Origin: Acidimicrobiia bacterium
Lineage (GTDB): Bacteria; Actinomycetota; Acidimicrobiia; Spongiisociales; ZC4RG35
Assembly (NCBI GenBank): GCA_013812505.1
Contig: JACCTH010000034.1
Coordinates: 1,399-65,398 of the forward strand
Reading direction: 5' to 3'
DNA: 64,000 bases
How positions within the stretch are numbered: position 1 is the first letter of the stretch; each line of letters starts with the position of its first letter. This document shows positions 46,756-55,055 of the stretch, one piece after another. A program made the translations under genes and the position numbers. Below the pieces are notes generated by a model that worked only from the letters and a program-made list of their open reading frames with translations, did no database searches and was not told the origin of the DNA.

Positions 46756-48153
46756 GTGAAACTCAGGCTTCGCAGCCCGCGCCAACTTGCCCGCCAGCTC
46801 TTGGCGCAAGCGCGCTCGAAACCGGCCGAGGTTGAGGAGTATCTCGACGCCCACGGGGAGGAATGGGAAGCTTTGGCCGAGGCCGCCCCGGGCGCCGCGG
46901 CAGCAATTCTCGAAGAGCTCGACGCGGGCGCGCTGGCCGAATTGATCTCCGATCTCGAAGCCCCTGAAGCCGCGGAGGTCCTTGCCGAACTGCAAGCGGA
47001 GATCGCGGCCGACCTGCTCGAAAAGCTGCCGGTGGCGGAAGCGGCAGCGTTGCTCGAGGAGATGCCTCCCGAGGATGCCGCCGACCTGCTGAGCGAGGTT
47101 GAGGGGGAAGCGGCTGCGTCGATCATCGATTTGCTGACCGACGAAGCCGCCACGGAGGTCCGCAGGCTGCTCGCCTACGCCCCCGACTCGGCCGGCGGCT
47201 TGATGACCACAGACGTAGCGCGTCTGCCGGTAGGGATGACGGCCGGCGAGGCCATCGAACGGATCCGCCAACTACGTGAGGAGCTGGAAGATCTCTCATA
47301 TGTCTATGTCACCGGGGACGACGGGGCGTTGCTGGGGGTGATCTCATTCCGAGACCTGGTCTTCAACCGGCCCGGGATCGGATTGGAGGAGGCGATGGTC
47401 ACCGACCCGATCGTGGTGAGCACCTCCGCCGACCGCGAGGAGGTCAACGAGATCATCTCGCAATATCACATCCGGGCCGTCCCCGTTGTCGACAGCCAGG
47501 GAATCCTGATGGGCGTTGTCACCACCGACTCGGTCATCGAGTCAGTGCAGGAAGAGGCCAGCGAGGACTTCGCCGCCGCCATGGGCGCCGGTCTCACCGA
47601 GAACGTGCGGAGCCCGGTGTGGTCCTCGGTCCGGGCTCGACTGCCGTGGATCACTTTTGACGTGTTCCTGTCAGGGATAGTCGTTTGGGCTGTGAGCCAG
47701 TTCAACGAGGTTCTCGACAGCTTCGTGGTGCTGGCGGCGTTGATGCCGCTTGTAGCTCGGATCGGGGGCGATGCCGGCGCTCAGAGCCTGGCCGTGGTCA
47801 TTCGAGGACTCGCCGCCGACGAGATCCCCGCTGCCAGCGGGAGCCGAGTAGTTGCCCGGGAGGCCACCATCGGGGCGATCAACGGGGTTGCCATCGCCTT
47901 GCTTTCCGGAACGCTTGGCTACGTCATGCAGACGTTGCGGAACGGACCGAGCCCGGCGCGGATCGGCTTGTCGATGGCCATCGCGGCGATGGCCAATCTG
48001 GTGATCGCCGGCGCCGCCGGCTCGGGGATCCCACTCGGACTCAGACGTCTCGGATTTGATCCCGCTCTTGGCTCGAACCTTTTCCTGACCACGGTGACTG
48101 ACTTGCTCGGCTTTGCCGGTTTTCTTGCTGTCGCCACCGTGCTGCTGTCCTGA
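46756..48153 (+). CDS. mgtE: magnesium transporter MgtE
   Basis: An acidic helical N-domain, tandem CBS domains and five C-terminal TM helices are present. The start is GTG. Confidence 0.85.
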   Translation: MKLRLRSPRQLARQLLAQARSKPAEVEEYLDAHGEEWEALAEAAPGAAAAILEELDAGALAELISDLEAPEAAEVLAELQAEIAADLLEKLPVAEAAALLEEMPPEDAADLLSEVEGEAAASIIDLLTDEAATEVRRLLAYAPDSAGGLMTTDVARLPVGMTAGEAIERIRQLREELEDLSYVYVTGDDGALLGVISFRDLVFNRPGIGLEEAMVTDPIVVSTSADREEVNEIISQYHIRAVPVVDSQGILMGVVTTDSVIESVQEEASEDFAAAMGAGLTENVRSPVWSSVRARLPWITFDVFLSGIVVWAVSQFNEVLDSFVVLAALMPLVARIGGDAGAQSLAVVIRGLAADEIPAASGSRVVAREATIGAINGVAIALLSGTLGYVMQTLRNGPSPARIGLSMAIAAMANLVIAGAAGSGIPLGLRRLGFDPALGSNLFLTTVTDLLGFAGFLAVATVLLS

Positions 48154-48214
48154 ATCGCGCCCAACCTCCCAAATCTGTCGGTTGGTTGCTGGACCCTTGG
48201 TAGCCTGGCCAAGG

Positions 48215-49603
48215 ATGAGGGATCGTGGGTCCCCGCTCTTGCTGGTCGTTCTCGCCCTGCTGCTCGCAGTGCCCGCACAGGCCATCGGTTCAGCCAGGCA
48301 GCTGGCTGAAGGCACGACGTCCCAAACGACTGCCGGCGCAACCACGACGACTGCCGACACCACCACCACCGTCGAAACAACCACCACAACCCACCCTCGC
48401 CCAACGACAACTACCACGATCGCTAGTACGACCACGGCTTCACCACCCACCACGGTGTCGCCGACCACGACGCTCCCGGTGACTACGACCACCACCGGGG
48501 ACGCAACCACCACGACCAGCTTCCCGGGCGAAACAACCACCACAACTTTGCCTCCCCCCACCCCGTTGAACCGTATTTATCGGGTCCGGGAGATTGTCTG
48601 GCCGGTTCCTAAGTACCTCGACGTAGCCTCGACTTGGGGAGCCGAGCGAGACGGAGGCATCCGGCTTCATCACGGGAACGACATCCTGGCGCCAAAGATG
48701 ACCCCGGTGGTGGCCGTCGCCAGCGGGACGATTCGTTCGATTCGAAACAGCCCCGGCGACTGTTGCTGGATAATCCTCGACCACGACGACGGCTGGTCCT
48801 CTTGGTATCTCCATCTCAACAATGACACTCTCGGCTCGGACGACGGGCGCGGCAACGGGATCCGGCCCGACCTCATCGAAGGAAGCAGAGTCGCAGCCGG
48901 TGAGGTGATTGGTTGGGTGGGCGATTCGGGCAACGCCGAGCCCGGCCCAGCCCACCTCCACTTTGAGCTCCACATGCCCGGAGTCGGCGCGATCAATCCG
49001 TACCCGAGTCTCAGCTGGGCCCGCAACAACAGCGGTCAGCCAGCCTTCGCGACGGCGTTTGACGGAGCCTTCAACGACGACGACGACTACCGCTCCGAAG
49101 TCGTCTTCGAACTGCTCGCCACTCTCGGCGCTTCGACCAGATGTGAACCGTGGGGATCTCAGGTTTGTCCGATGCTGGCCGCGACTGAGCTCGACGCCGC
49201 CGTTTGGCTGGGCGCCATTTCGGGCGTCGAGATCCCTCTGCCACCACCACCTCCCGACGCCCCTTTCACCGGTGTGCTTGGCGCCCTCTACTCCAACCCC
49301 TGCGATTCCGAGCCATGCCCCCCACCGCCGATGACTAAGGGTCAGTTGGCCACGATGCTGCTCTGGTCGCTGCGGCAAAGCAGCTTTGAGCAGGCCCAAG
49401 GATTCACCGTTCCCGAACCCCCGCCACGATGGGAGATCCAACCGGTGATCGCGCTTGCCGAGCTGCAATATCTTGGCCTCGCCGATGTGTGTCCTGTCCT
49501 GGACCTCCCTCTCGATAGCCTTCTCAGCCGGGGGCAAGTAGCGGAAATGATCGGGCAGGCAACCGGGCTCATTCCGCAGTCGCCTTGCGGACAGATTTCC
49601 TAG
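48215..49603 (+). CDS. secreted M23-family metallopeptidase with Thr/Pro-rich linker and Cys-containing C-terminal domain
   Basis: The signal peptide is MRDRGSPLLLVVLALLLAVPAQA. The M23 motifs HHGNDI (HxxxD) and AHLHFELH (HxH) are present. Confidence 0.8.
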   Translation: MRDRGSPLLLVVLALLLAVPAQAIGSARQLAEGTTSQTTAGATTTTADTTTTVETTTTTHPRPTTTTTIASTTTASPPTTVSPTTTLPVTTTTTGDATTTTSFPGETTTTTLPPPTPLNRIYRVREIVWPVPKYLDVASTWGAERDGGIRLHHGNDILAPKMTPVVAVASGTIRSIRNSPGDCCWIILDHDDGWSSWYLHLNNDTLGSDDGRGNGIRPDLIEGSRVAAGEVIGWVGDSGNAEPGPAHLHFELHMPGVGAINPYPSLSWARNNSGQPAFATAFDGAFNDDDDYRSEVVFELLATLGASTRCEPWGSQVCPMLAATELDAAVWLGAISGVEIPLPPPPPDAPFTGVLGALYSNPCDSEPCPPPPMTKGQLATMLLWSLRQSSFEQAQGFTVPEPPPRWEIQPVIALAELQYLGLADVCPVLDLPLDSLLSRGQVAEMIGQATGLIPQSPCGQIS

Positions 49604-49624
49604 AGCCAAAGCCCGATCCGTCGG

Positions 49625-49649
49625 GTTGAGAAGCAGGGCAGGCGGGTAC
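49625..49649 (+). promoter_or_regulatory. candidate SigB/SigF-type promoter (GTTG-N15-GGGTAC) upstream of PP2C gene
   Basis: The sequence is ggGTTGagaagcagggcaggcGGGTACag, about 40 nt upstream of the GTG/ATG start at 49690/49693. Confidence 0.35.
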
Positions 49650-49692
49650 AGAAGGCCACATGAGCGACACGCGCGCGCGCTTTCCGTGGTGA

Positions 49693-50807
49693 TGAGGGAC
49701 CTGATCAATCGACTTGATCACGTCCGTCCGGCCGATCTATCGGCTTTGGCCGTTTCCGAGCTTGTCCAATCTGGGATCGCAGAGGAAGCCATCGTTTGGA
49801 TCGTCGATCATGGGTTCACCCACTTCAGCGATCTGTCCGGCGGTCGAGCACCGATCGGTCTCGGGGAGACACCCGCTGGACAGGTGGCGATCTCAGCCAT
49901 TCCTTTGGTCCAGGACGCGCGCGCCTACCTGCCTTTGAGCCGGCGTGGTCAGGTAATCGGAGTGCTCGAGGTGAGTCCCGCCGCCGAGGGCGTTATCGAT
50001 GAGTTGACCCCGGTGGCAACCACCATCACCACCTCTTTGCTGGCGACCATTCATATCAGCGATGTCGTTGATCGGCACCAGGGCTCAGGAGCCCTGAGCT
50101 TGCCGGCGACGATCCAGAAACGGAATCTTCCTCTGTCGGCATATGCCGACGATCAAGTCGACGTCGGAAGCTTCCTCGAGCCGGCCTACGAAGTCGCCGG
50201 TGACGCCATCGACTATGCGATCAACCCCGAAGGGGTCCACCTCGCCATCTTTGACGCCGTCGGCCACGGGCTTCGGTCAACCATCCTCACCACGCTGGCC
50301 CTTTCAACCTATCGCCTGCTGCGACGGCAAAACGCCTCCCTGGAGGAAACCGCCAGAGCTGTAGATGACGTCGTGGCCACGAGCGGGAGGCCGGGGGACT
50401 TCGTCACCGGCGTCATCGCGATGATCAGGCCCCGAGAGAATGAGCTGGAGTTCTGGAACGCCGGTCACCAGTCGCCACTTCTCCTCCGGGATCGAAGCCA
50501 CCGTTTCTTGGCATCCGATCCGCCGGGGCTGCCGTTCGGACTTCGTCATGACGGGAATGGCCATTCCACAGTTCCATCGCAGCCCGGCGATGTCATATTC
50601 CTCTACTCCGATGGCGTCACTCAGGCTCGCGATCCTCACCGAACGATGTGGGGGGAAACTCACCTGGCCGAGGCCGCCCTGGCAAGGAACAACGCTGGAC
50701 AGAGCATGTCCCATATTTGTCGGACGGTGCTCGACGATGTGATGAGCTGGACCGCGAACCCGCTCGCCGACGATGCATCGATCGTCGGCCTCCGCCGCGT
50801 CAGCTAG
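49693..50807 (+). CDS. PP2C-family (SpoIIE/RsbU-type) serine phosphatase with N-terminal sensor domain
   Basis: The PP2C motifs are GDAIDY, FDAVGHG and LYSDGV. Confidence 0.75.
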
Positions 50808-50808
50808 G

Positions 50809-51915
50809 TCAATCGGCTGGGTGCGATTCCAGCACTGCCCGCAGGCGGTTCAACGCTTTTTGCAGCAGCCGAGAAATGTGCATCTGGGAAACTCCGACCC
50901 TTTCCGCGATCTCGCTCTGGGTCAGGTCCTCGAAGAACCGCAAATAGACGATTTCGCGCTCGCGGGCCGGCAACGACGCCAGCTCCTCGGCTAGCTCCGG
51001 CCAAAGCTGGTCTTCGGCTGATCCGGGCAGCAGTTCGGACAGCAACAACCCGGTGTTCGGGTCCGGGGCATCTATCGACTCCCATCGGTAGGCGACCCGG
51101 GCTTTTTGCGCCTCTTCAACCTCCCGCTCCGAAAGGCCGATATCGACACTGATCTCCGCCGAGGTCGGGGCCCGGCCGAGCGACTGCGTCAGGCGGTCGA
51201 TGGTCTTGCCGACGTTCAAGGTTGTCTCCTGAAGCCCGCGCGGGACACGCACCGACCATGCCCGGTCGCGTAGGTACCGCTTCAGCTCCCCGACCATAGT
51301 GACGGCGGCAAAGGGCTCGAACTCCCCCTTCTCGGGGTCGAAACGTCGCAAAGCTGAGATGAGACCTAAGAGCGCCACTTGCTCCAGATCGCGGTCGGGG
51401 ATGCCCTTGTCTCGAAAACGTCGGGCGATTGCGGCCGACAGCGGGGTGAACCGGCGCACCGCTTCATCCTGGTAGTGGGGGTCGGAGCGAGCCCGAATCA
51501 GCAGGTCACGGTTGCTGACGTCGGCCAGAGCCTCACCGGTGCCGGCCGCCTTGACCTCGAACCAGTATCTCGTCGAGAGGTCATCGTTTTCCTCTCCCCA
51601 ACGCCGGCTCAAGCCCTCGAGCAGCGCGCTTGAGAACGGCTCCAGCTCCCGTTCGATCATTTGGGAGCCGATCTCGATCCGCCAATCGGTCATGTCGGCA
51701 ACCAGTGCCACCTCAATCGGCGAGACCCCGTGCTCTACGAAGTGGCTGACGAGCTCAGTCGCCATCAACTGCGCCTCGGCGAGCCGGACCGGGGCTAGGC
51801 GGGTGTTTTCAGCCAGCAACCGACGGGCCCATTGGGCGGAGTCGGCCTTCGCGGGCAACAAGTGGTGGAGAACCTGATTCTCGAGCGCATCGAGGACGGA
51901 CTCCGGTTGGCTCAC
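50809..51915 (-). CDS. SigB/SigF-group sigma-70 family sigma factor with about 110 aa N-terminal extension
   Basis: Regions 2 to 4 are present (DLLIRARSGD..., FAAVTMVGELKRYLRD, IVYLRFFEDLTQSEIAERVGVSQMHISRL). The N-terminal extension has weak resemblance to the RsbW N-box (ATELVSHFVEHG). Confidence 0.8.
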   Translation of the reverse strand: MSQPESVLDALENQVLHHLLPAKADSAQWARRLLAENTRLAPVRLAEAQLMATELVSHFVEHGVSPIEVALVADMTDWRIEIGSQMIERELEPFSSALLEGLSRRWGEENDDLSTRYWFEVKAAGTGEALADVSNRDLLIRARSDPHYQDEAVRRFTPLSAAIARRFRDKGIPDRDLEQVALLGLISALRRFDPEKGEFEPFAAVTMVGELKRYLRDRAWSVRVPRGLQETTLNVGKTIDRLTQSLGRAPTSAEISVDIGLSEREVEEAQKARVAYRWESIDAPDPNTGLLLSELLPGSAEDQLWPELAEELASLPAREREIVYLRFFEDLTQSEIAERVGVSQMHISRLLQKALNRLRAVLESHPAD

Positions 51916-52262
51916 GCGGTTGCCGCCTCCAAAGTGTCGAACAGCTTCAACAATCGATCGACCCCGGTTATTGCCAGTGCCCGCGCTACCGGCCCGCCGT
52001 TAAGAACTACGCCCAGCGAGCGATCAATTGCTTCAAGCCGTTGCGTTGCCACCAACAGCGCCCGCATCCCGGTGGAATCCATGAACTTGACGCCGGTTAG
52101 ATCGATGACGACACGGCTGTGATCTTCTTCAATGGCCCGCTCGACCGCGGCCTCGAGGATTTCGACGGTCGCGAGGTCGAGCTCGCCGGTCGCCACCAGC
52201 ACGGCCGCGCCTTCTCGGTCTCCAGAGTCAATTTGGAATGTCATAAACCCAGATCGGATCAA
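51912..52262 (-). CDS. STAS-domain anti-sigma-factor antagonist
   Basis: The 116 aa protein has VKFMDSTGMRALLVA. It has an ATGA overlap with the sigma factor gene. Confidence 0.8.
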   Translation of the reverse strand: MIRSGFMTFQIDSGDREGAAVLVATGELDLATVEILEAAVERAIEEDHSRVVIDLTGVKFMDSTGMRALLVATQRLEAIDRSLGVVLNGGPVARALAITGVDRLLKLFDTLEAATA

Positions 52263-52273
52263 TTCAATCTCGG

Positions 52274-52299
52274 GTTTGATCCTATCCCGCCGCGGGTAC
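52274..52299 (+). promoter_or_regulatory. SigB/SigF-type promoter GTTT-N16-GGGTAC upstream of glsB/ymgE-like gene
   Basis: The sequence is cggGTTTgatcctatcccgccgcGGGTACc, about 45 nt upstream of the TTG start at 52344. An RBS ggagga follows. Confidence 0.5.
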
Positions 52300-52343
52300 C
52301 CCTGGTTTCGGTAACAGCTACCAATAGCTACCCGGAGGAAAAC

Positions 52344-52595
52344 TTGGGAATAATTGTCTGGTTGATCATCGGGCTAATCGCCGGGTTCATCGCCCGTGCG
52401 CTCGTGCCCGGCTCCGACTCGATGGGTGTGGTTGGCACCCTGGTCTTGGGTTTGATCGGCTCGCTCGTCGGCGGCTTTCTCGGCAACCTTTTCGTCAATG
52501 GCCAAATGGACATACAAGCGGCCGGGATTATCGGATCAATCATCGGAGCGATCCTTGCGCTTTTGATCTACCGAGCCATGGGGCGGCGGGTCTAG
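52344..52595 (+). CDS. GlsB/YeaQ/YmgE-family stress membrane protein
   Basis: LGIIVWLIIGLIAGFIARALVPG...IIGSIIGAILALLIYRAM matches E. coli YeaQ. The start is TTG with a ggagga RBS. Confidence 0.75.
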   Translation: MGIIVWLIIGLIAGFIARALVPGSDSMGVVGTLVLGLIGSLVGGFLGNLFVNGQMDIQAAGIIGSIIGAILALLIYRAMGRRV

Positions 52596-52623
52596 GCACC
52601 TAGCAACAGGAGAGAAAAACAAA

Positions 52624-52803
52624 AATGACAGACCGCGAAATAATCGTCAACAACGACGGCGGACGCAGTACTGGTGCCTTGGTGGCTGGGATCGTGGCGG
52701 TGCTGCTGATCCTGATCGCCATCTGGTACTTCGCCAACAACGGGACCACGGCCGGGGATGGTGACGTCGACGTAGACGTCAACGTTCCTGCGACCACCAA
52801 CTA
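52624..52803 (+). CDS. small membrane protein (59 aa; single TM helix, acidic C-tail)
   Basis: An RBS aggagag lies upstream. The protein reads MTDREIIVNNDGGRSTGALVAGIVAVLLILIAIWYFANNG.... It was missed by the ORF track (under 60 aa). Confidence 0.45.
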
Positions 52804-52840
52804 GGAATCTCGGTCTAGCGACCAAGAGGAAGGGACAGCT

Positions 52841-53089
52841 ATGGACAAACCGATGGACCGGTCGGATATGTCGGATATGTCGGATATGTCGGACATGAAC
52901 GATCGTCTCATGGACGAGGGTCGCTGGCAGCAGGTCAGAGGCAAGATCCGCGAGACCTGGGGCGATGTCACCGACGATGACCTCGATTCTTCCAAGGGCA
53001 ACTGGGACCAGTTGGTCGGGAAGATCAAGGAAAGGACCGGCGAGGCTGGCGACGCCGTCGAGAAAAAACTTCGGGAGTGGTTTAACTAA
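52841..53089 (+). CDS. csbD: CsbD-family general stress protein with N-terminal (SDM)4 repeat
   Basis: ...WQQVRGKIRETWGDVTDDDLDSSKGNWDQLVGKIKERTGE matches the CsbD/YjbJ consensus. Confidence 0.8.
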   Translation: MDKPMDRSDMSDMSDMSDMNDRLMDEGRWQQVRGKIRETWGDVTDDDLDSSKGNWDQLVGKIKERTGEAGDAVEKKLREWFN

Positions 53090-53124
53090 ACCCGAGGATC
53101 ACTTCCCCAAGAACGCAAGGAAGG

Positions 53125-53164
53125 GTGCGAACGGCCGCACCCTTCTTGCTTTTTCGAACCCAGG
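53125..53164 (+). terminator. intrinsic terminator after csbD
   Basis: The hairpin is gcaaggaagggtgcg-aacggcc-gcacccttcttgc followed by ttttt. Confidence 0.65.
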
Positions 53165-53216
53165 GTTCGCAGGGACACTCTGTATCCCTACCAGCCCACA
53201 GAACGAAGGAATCCAA
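53164..53216. repeat. copy of the CGAACCCAGGGTTCG...CCAGCCCACAGAACG structured element
   Basis: The sequence is tcgaacccagggttcgcagGGAcactctgtaTCCctaccagcccacagaacga. It lies between the convergent csbD and nadE genes. Confidence 0.6.
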
Positions 53217-53221
53217 CCAAC

Positions 53222-54853
53222 TCACCGATAATGGTTCGTGATTGGCATTCGACGATCGCGGCCAAAGGCTTTGGTGGTGATCTTCACGCCGGGGGCTGAT
53301 TGACGGCGCTTGTACTCGTTGCGGTCGACGAGACGAACGATTCGGCGCACGGTTTCGGCGCCATGGCCGGCGGCGATGATCTCCTCGGCGCTCCGATCCT
53401 CCTCGATGTACAGCGCGAGGATCGGGTCGAGCACGTCGTATGGCGGAAGGCTATCGGTGTCCTTCTGGTCGGGCCGGAGCTCGGCGGAAGGGGGTTTGTT
53501 GATCGTGCTTTCCGGTATCACCTCGCCTTGAGCGTTTCGCCAGGCGGCGACCTTGTAGACGGTCGTCTTGAAGATGTCTTTGAGCACGGAGTACCCGCCG
53601 ACCATGTCGCCGTAGATGGTGGCGTAGCCCGCAGCCATCTCCGATTTGTTGCCTGTCGCCACCACCATCGGCCCGAATTTGTTCGACACCGCCATGAGCA
53701 AGGCCCCCCGTATCCGGGCTTGCAGGTTCTCCTCCGCCACTCCAAACGGCTCGGCTCCAAAGAGGGTCTCCAAAGTGTCGAGGTAGGAGGCAAAGACGCC
53801 CTCGATCGGGATTAGGTCGAAGCGGATGCCAAGCTGTTTGGCAAGGTCGGAGGCGTCCGACTTGGAATGCTCAGAGCTGAACCTCGTCGGCATCCCAATC
53901 CCCCAAACACCGTCCGGCCCCAGCGCATCTGCCGCGATCACCGCGGTCAGCGCCGAGTCGATGCCTCCCGACAGCCCAATCACGACTTGGCTGAACCCGT
54001 TCTTCCGCGTGTAGTCGCGCAAGCCGAGCTCGACCGCGCGATAGATCTCTTCTTCAGGTCCCATCAGCTCGGTGACGTTCCCCGCCTTGAGCTCATCCGC
54101 AAATTCGAGAATGAAGCGGTCCTCGGCGAACTGGGGCGAGCGATGGAGAACGCTTCCATCTGAATCAATGGCGACCGAGCAACCGTCGAAGACCAGCTCG
54201 TCCTGACCACCGACCAAATTGAGATAGACCACCGGGACCCCGGCGGCACGGGCCCGCTCGGCGAGCATTGCCTCCCGTGCCCGCGCCTTTCCGTGGTGAT
54301 AGGGAGAGCCGTTGATATTGAGCAGGATCTCGGCGCCGGCGGCTGCCTGTTGGGCCGGTGGTCCATCGGGAAGCCAGATGTCCTCGCAGATCGAGATGCC
54401 GCAGCGGATCCCGCCAGTATCCCAGGTAAAGGCAGGGTCATCCCCGGGGAGGAAATAGCGATCCTCGTCGAAGACCCCATAGTTGGGAAGGAGGATCTTG
54501 TGGTAACTCGCTTTCCATTCGCCACCCTGGATTACGGCCGCGGCGTTGTGGAGATTGCGGAGGCTGGCATCATCGGCGCCCGCCTGCTCGCCTTGCCCAA
54601 AGTCGACATAGCCGAGAATCGTGGTGCAGCGGCTCGACCGGGCAGCCAGCCGCCTGACGACGTCGAGGTTGTCCTCGACGAAGCCGAACTTGAGAACAAG
54701 ATCCTCGGGCGGGTAGCCGGTTACTGCAAGCTCAGGCAGCAGAAGCACATCGGCCCCTTTGCCTTCCGCCCATTCCATGGCGTCGGCGATCAAAGCTTCG
54801 TTGGCATCGAGGGCGCCGACCGTGAGATTGATCTGAGCGCCGGCAATTCGCAT
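53222..54853 (-). CDS. nadE: NAD+ synthase (glutamine-hydrolysing)
   Basis: It has an N-terminal nitrilase/CN-hydrolase domain (MRIAGAQINLTVGALDAN...) and a C-terminal synthetase domain with the SGGIDS P-loop. Confidence 0.9.
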   Translation of the reverse strand: MRIAGAQINLTVGALDANEALIADAMEWAEGKGADVLLLPELAVTGYPPEDLVLKFGFVEDNLDVVRRLAARSSRCTTILGYVDFGQGEQAGADDASLRNLHNAAAVIQGGEWKASYHKILLPNYGVFDEDRYFLPGDDPAFTWDTGGIRCGISICEDIWLPDGPPAQQAAAGAEILLNINGSPYHHGKARAREAMLAERARAAGVPVVYLNLVGGQDELVFDGCSVAIDSDGSVLHRSPQFAEDRFILEFADELKAGNVTELMGPEEEIYRAVELGLRDYTRKNGFSQVVIGLSGGIDSALTAVIAADALGPDGVWGIGMPTRFSSEHSKSDASDLAKQLGIRFDLIPIEGVFASYLDTLETLFGAEPFGVAEENLQARIRGALLMAVSNKFGPMVVATGNKSEMAAGYATIYGDMVGGYSVLKDIFKTTVYKVAAWRNAQGEVIPESTINKPPSAELRPDQKDTDSLPPYDVLDPILALYIEEDRSAEEIIAAGHGAETVRRIVRLVDRNEYKRRQSAPGVKITTKAFGRDRRMPITNHYR

Positions 54854-55055
54854 CGAGAAAAGGAGCCTAGGTCCAATATCCTGTTGGGGTGCCTCGTGAC
54901 CCCAAACGCCGTGCCTACGTGGGACTCCTGACTTTTCAGGCTCTCTTCCAGCCCGAAATCGAACATGTCATCGAGTTCGAGCAGACAGTTGACCTCATCA
55001 TTTACGCCGATACGTCCGAGCCGGTGGACGACCCGGAACCAGATCCGCCTGAGGA

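Noticed and set aside
48440-49708. 422-aa minus-strand ORF antisense to the M23 peptidase gene
   Set aside because: It is an Arg/Gly-rich artefact. The sense strand encodes a signal peptide plus HxxxD/HxH M23 motifs.
52592-52825. Minus-strand ORFs 52592..52825 and 52600..52800
   Set aside because: They are antisense to a better-supported plus-strand 59-aa membrane ORF with an RBS. The plus-strand gene fits the operon structure between glsB and csbD.
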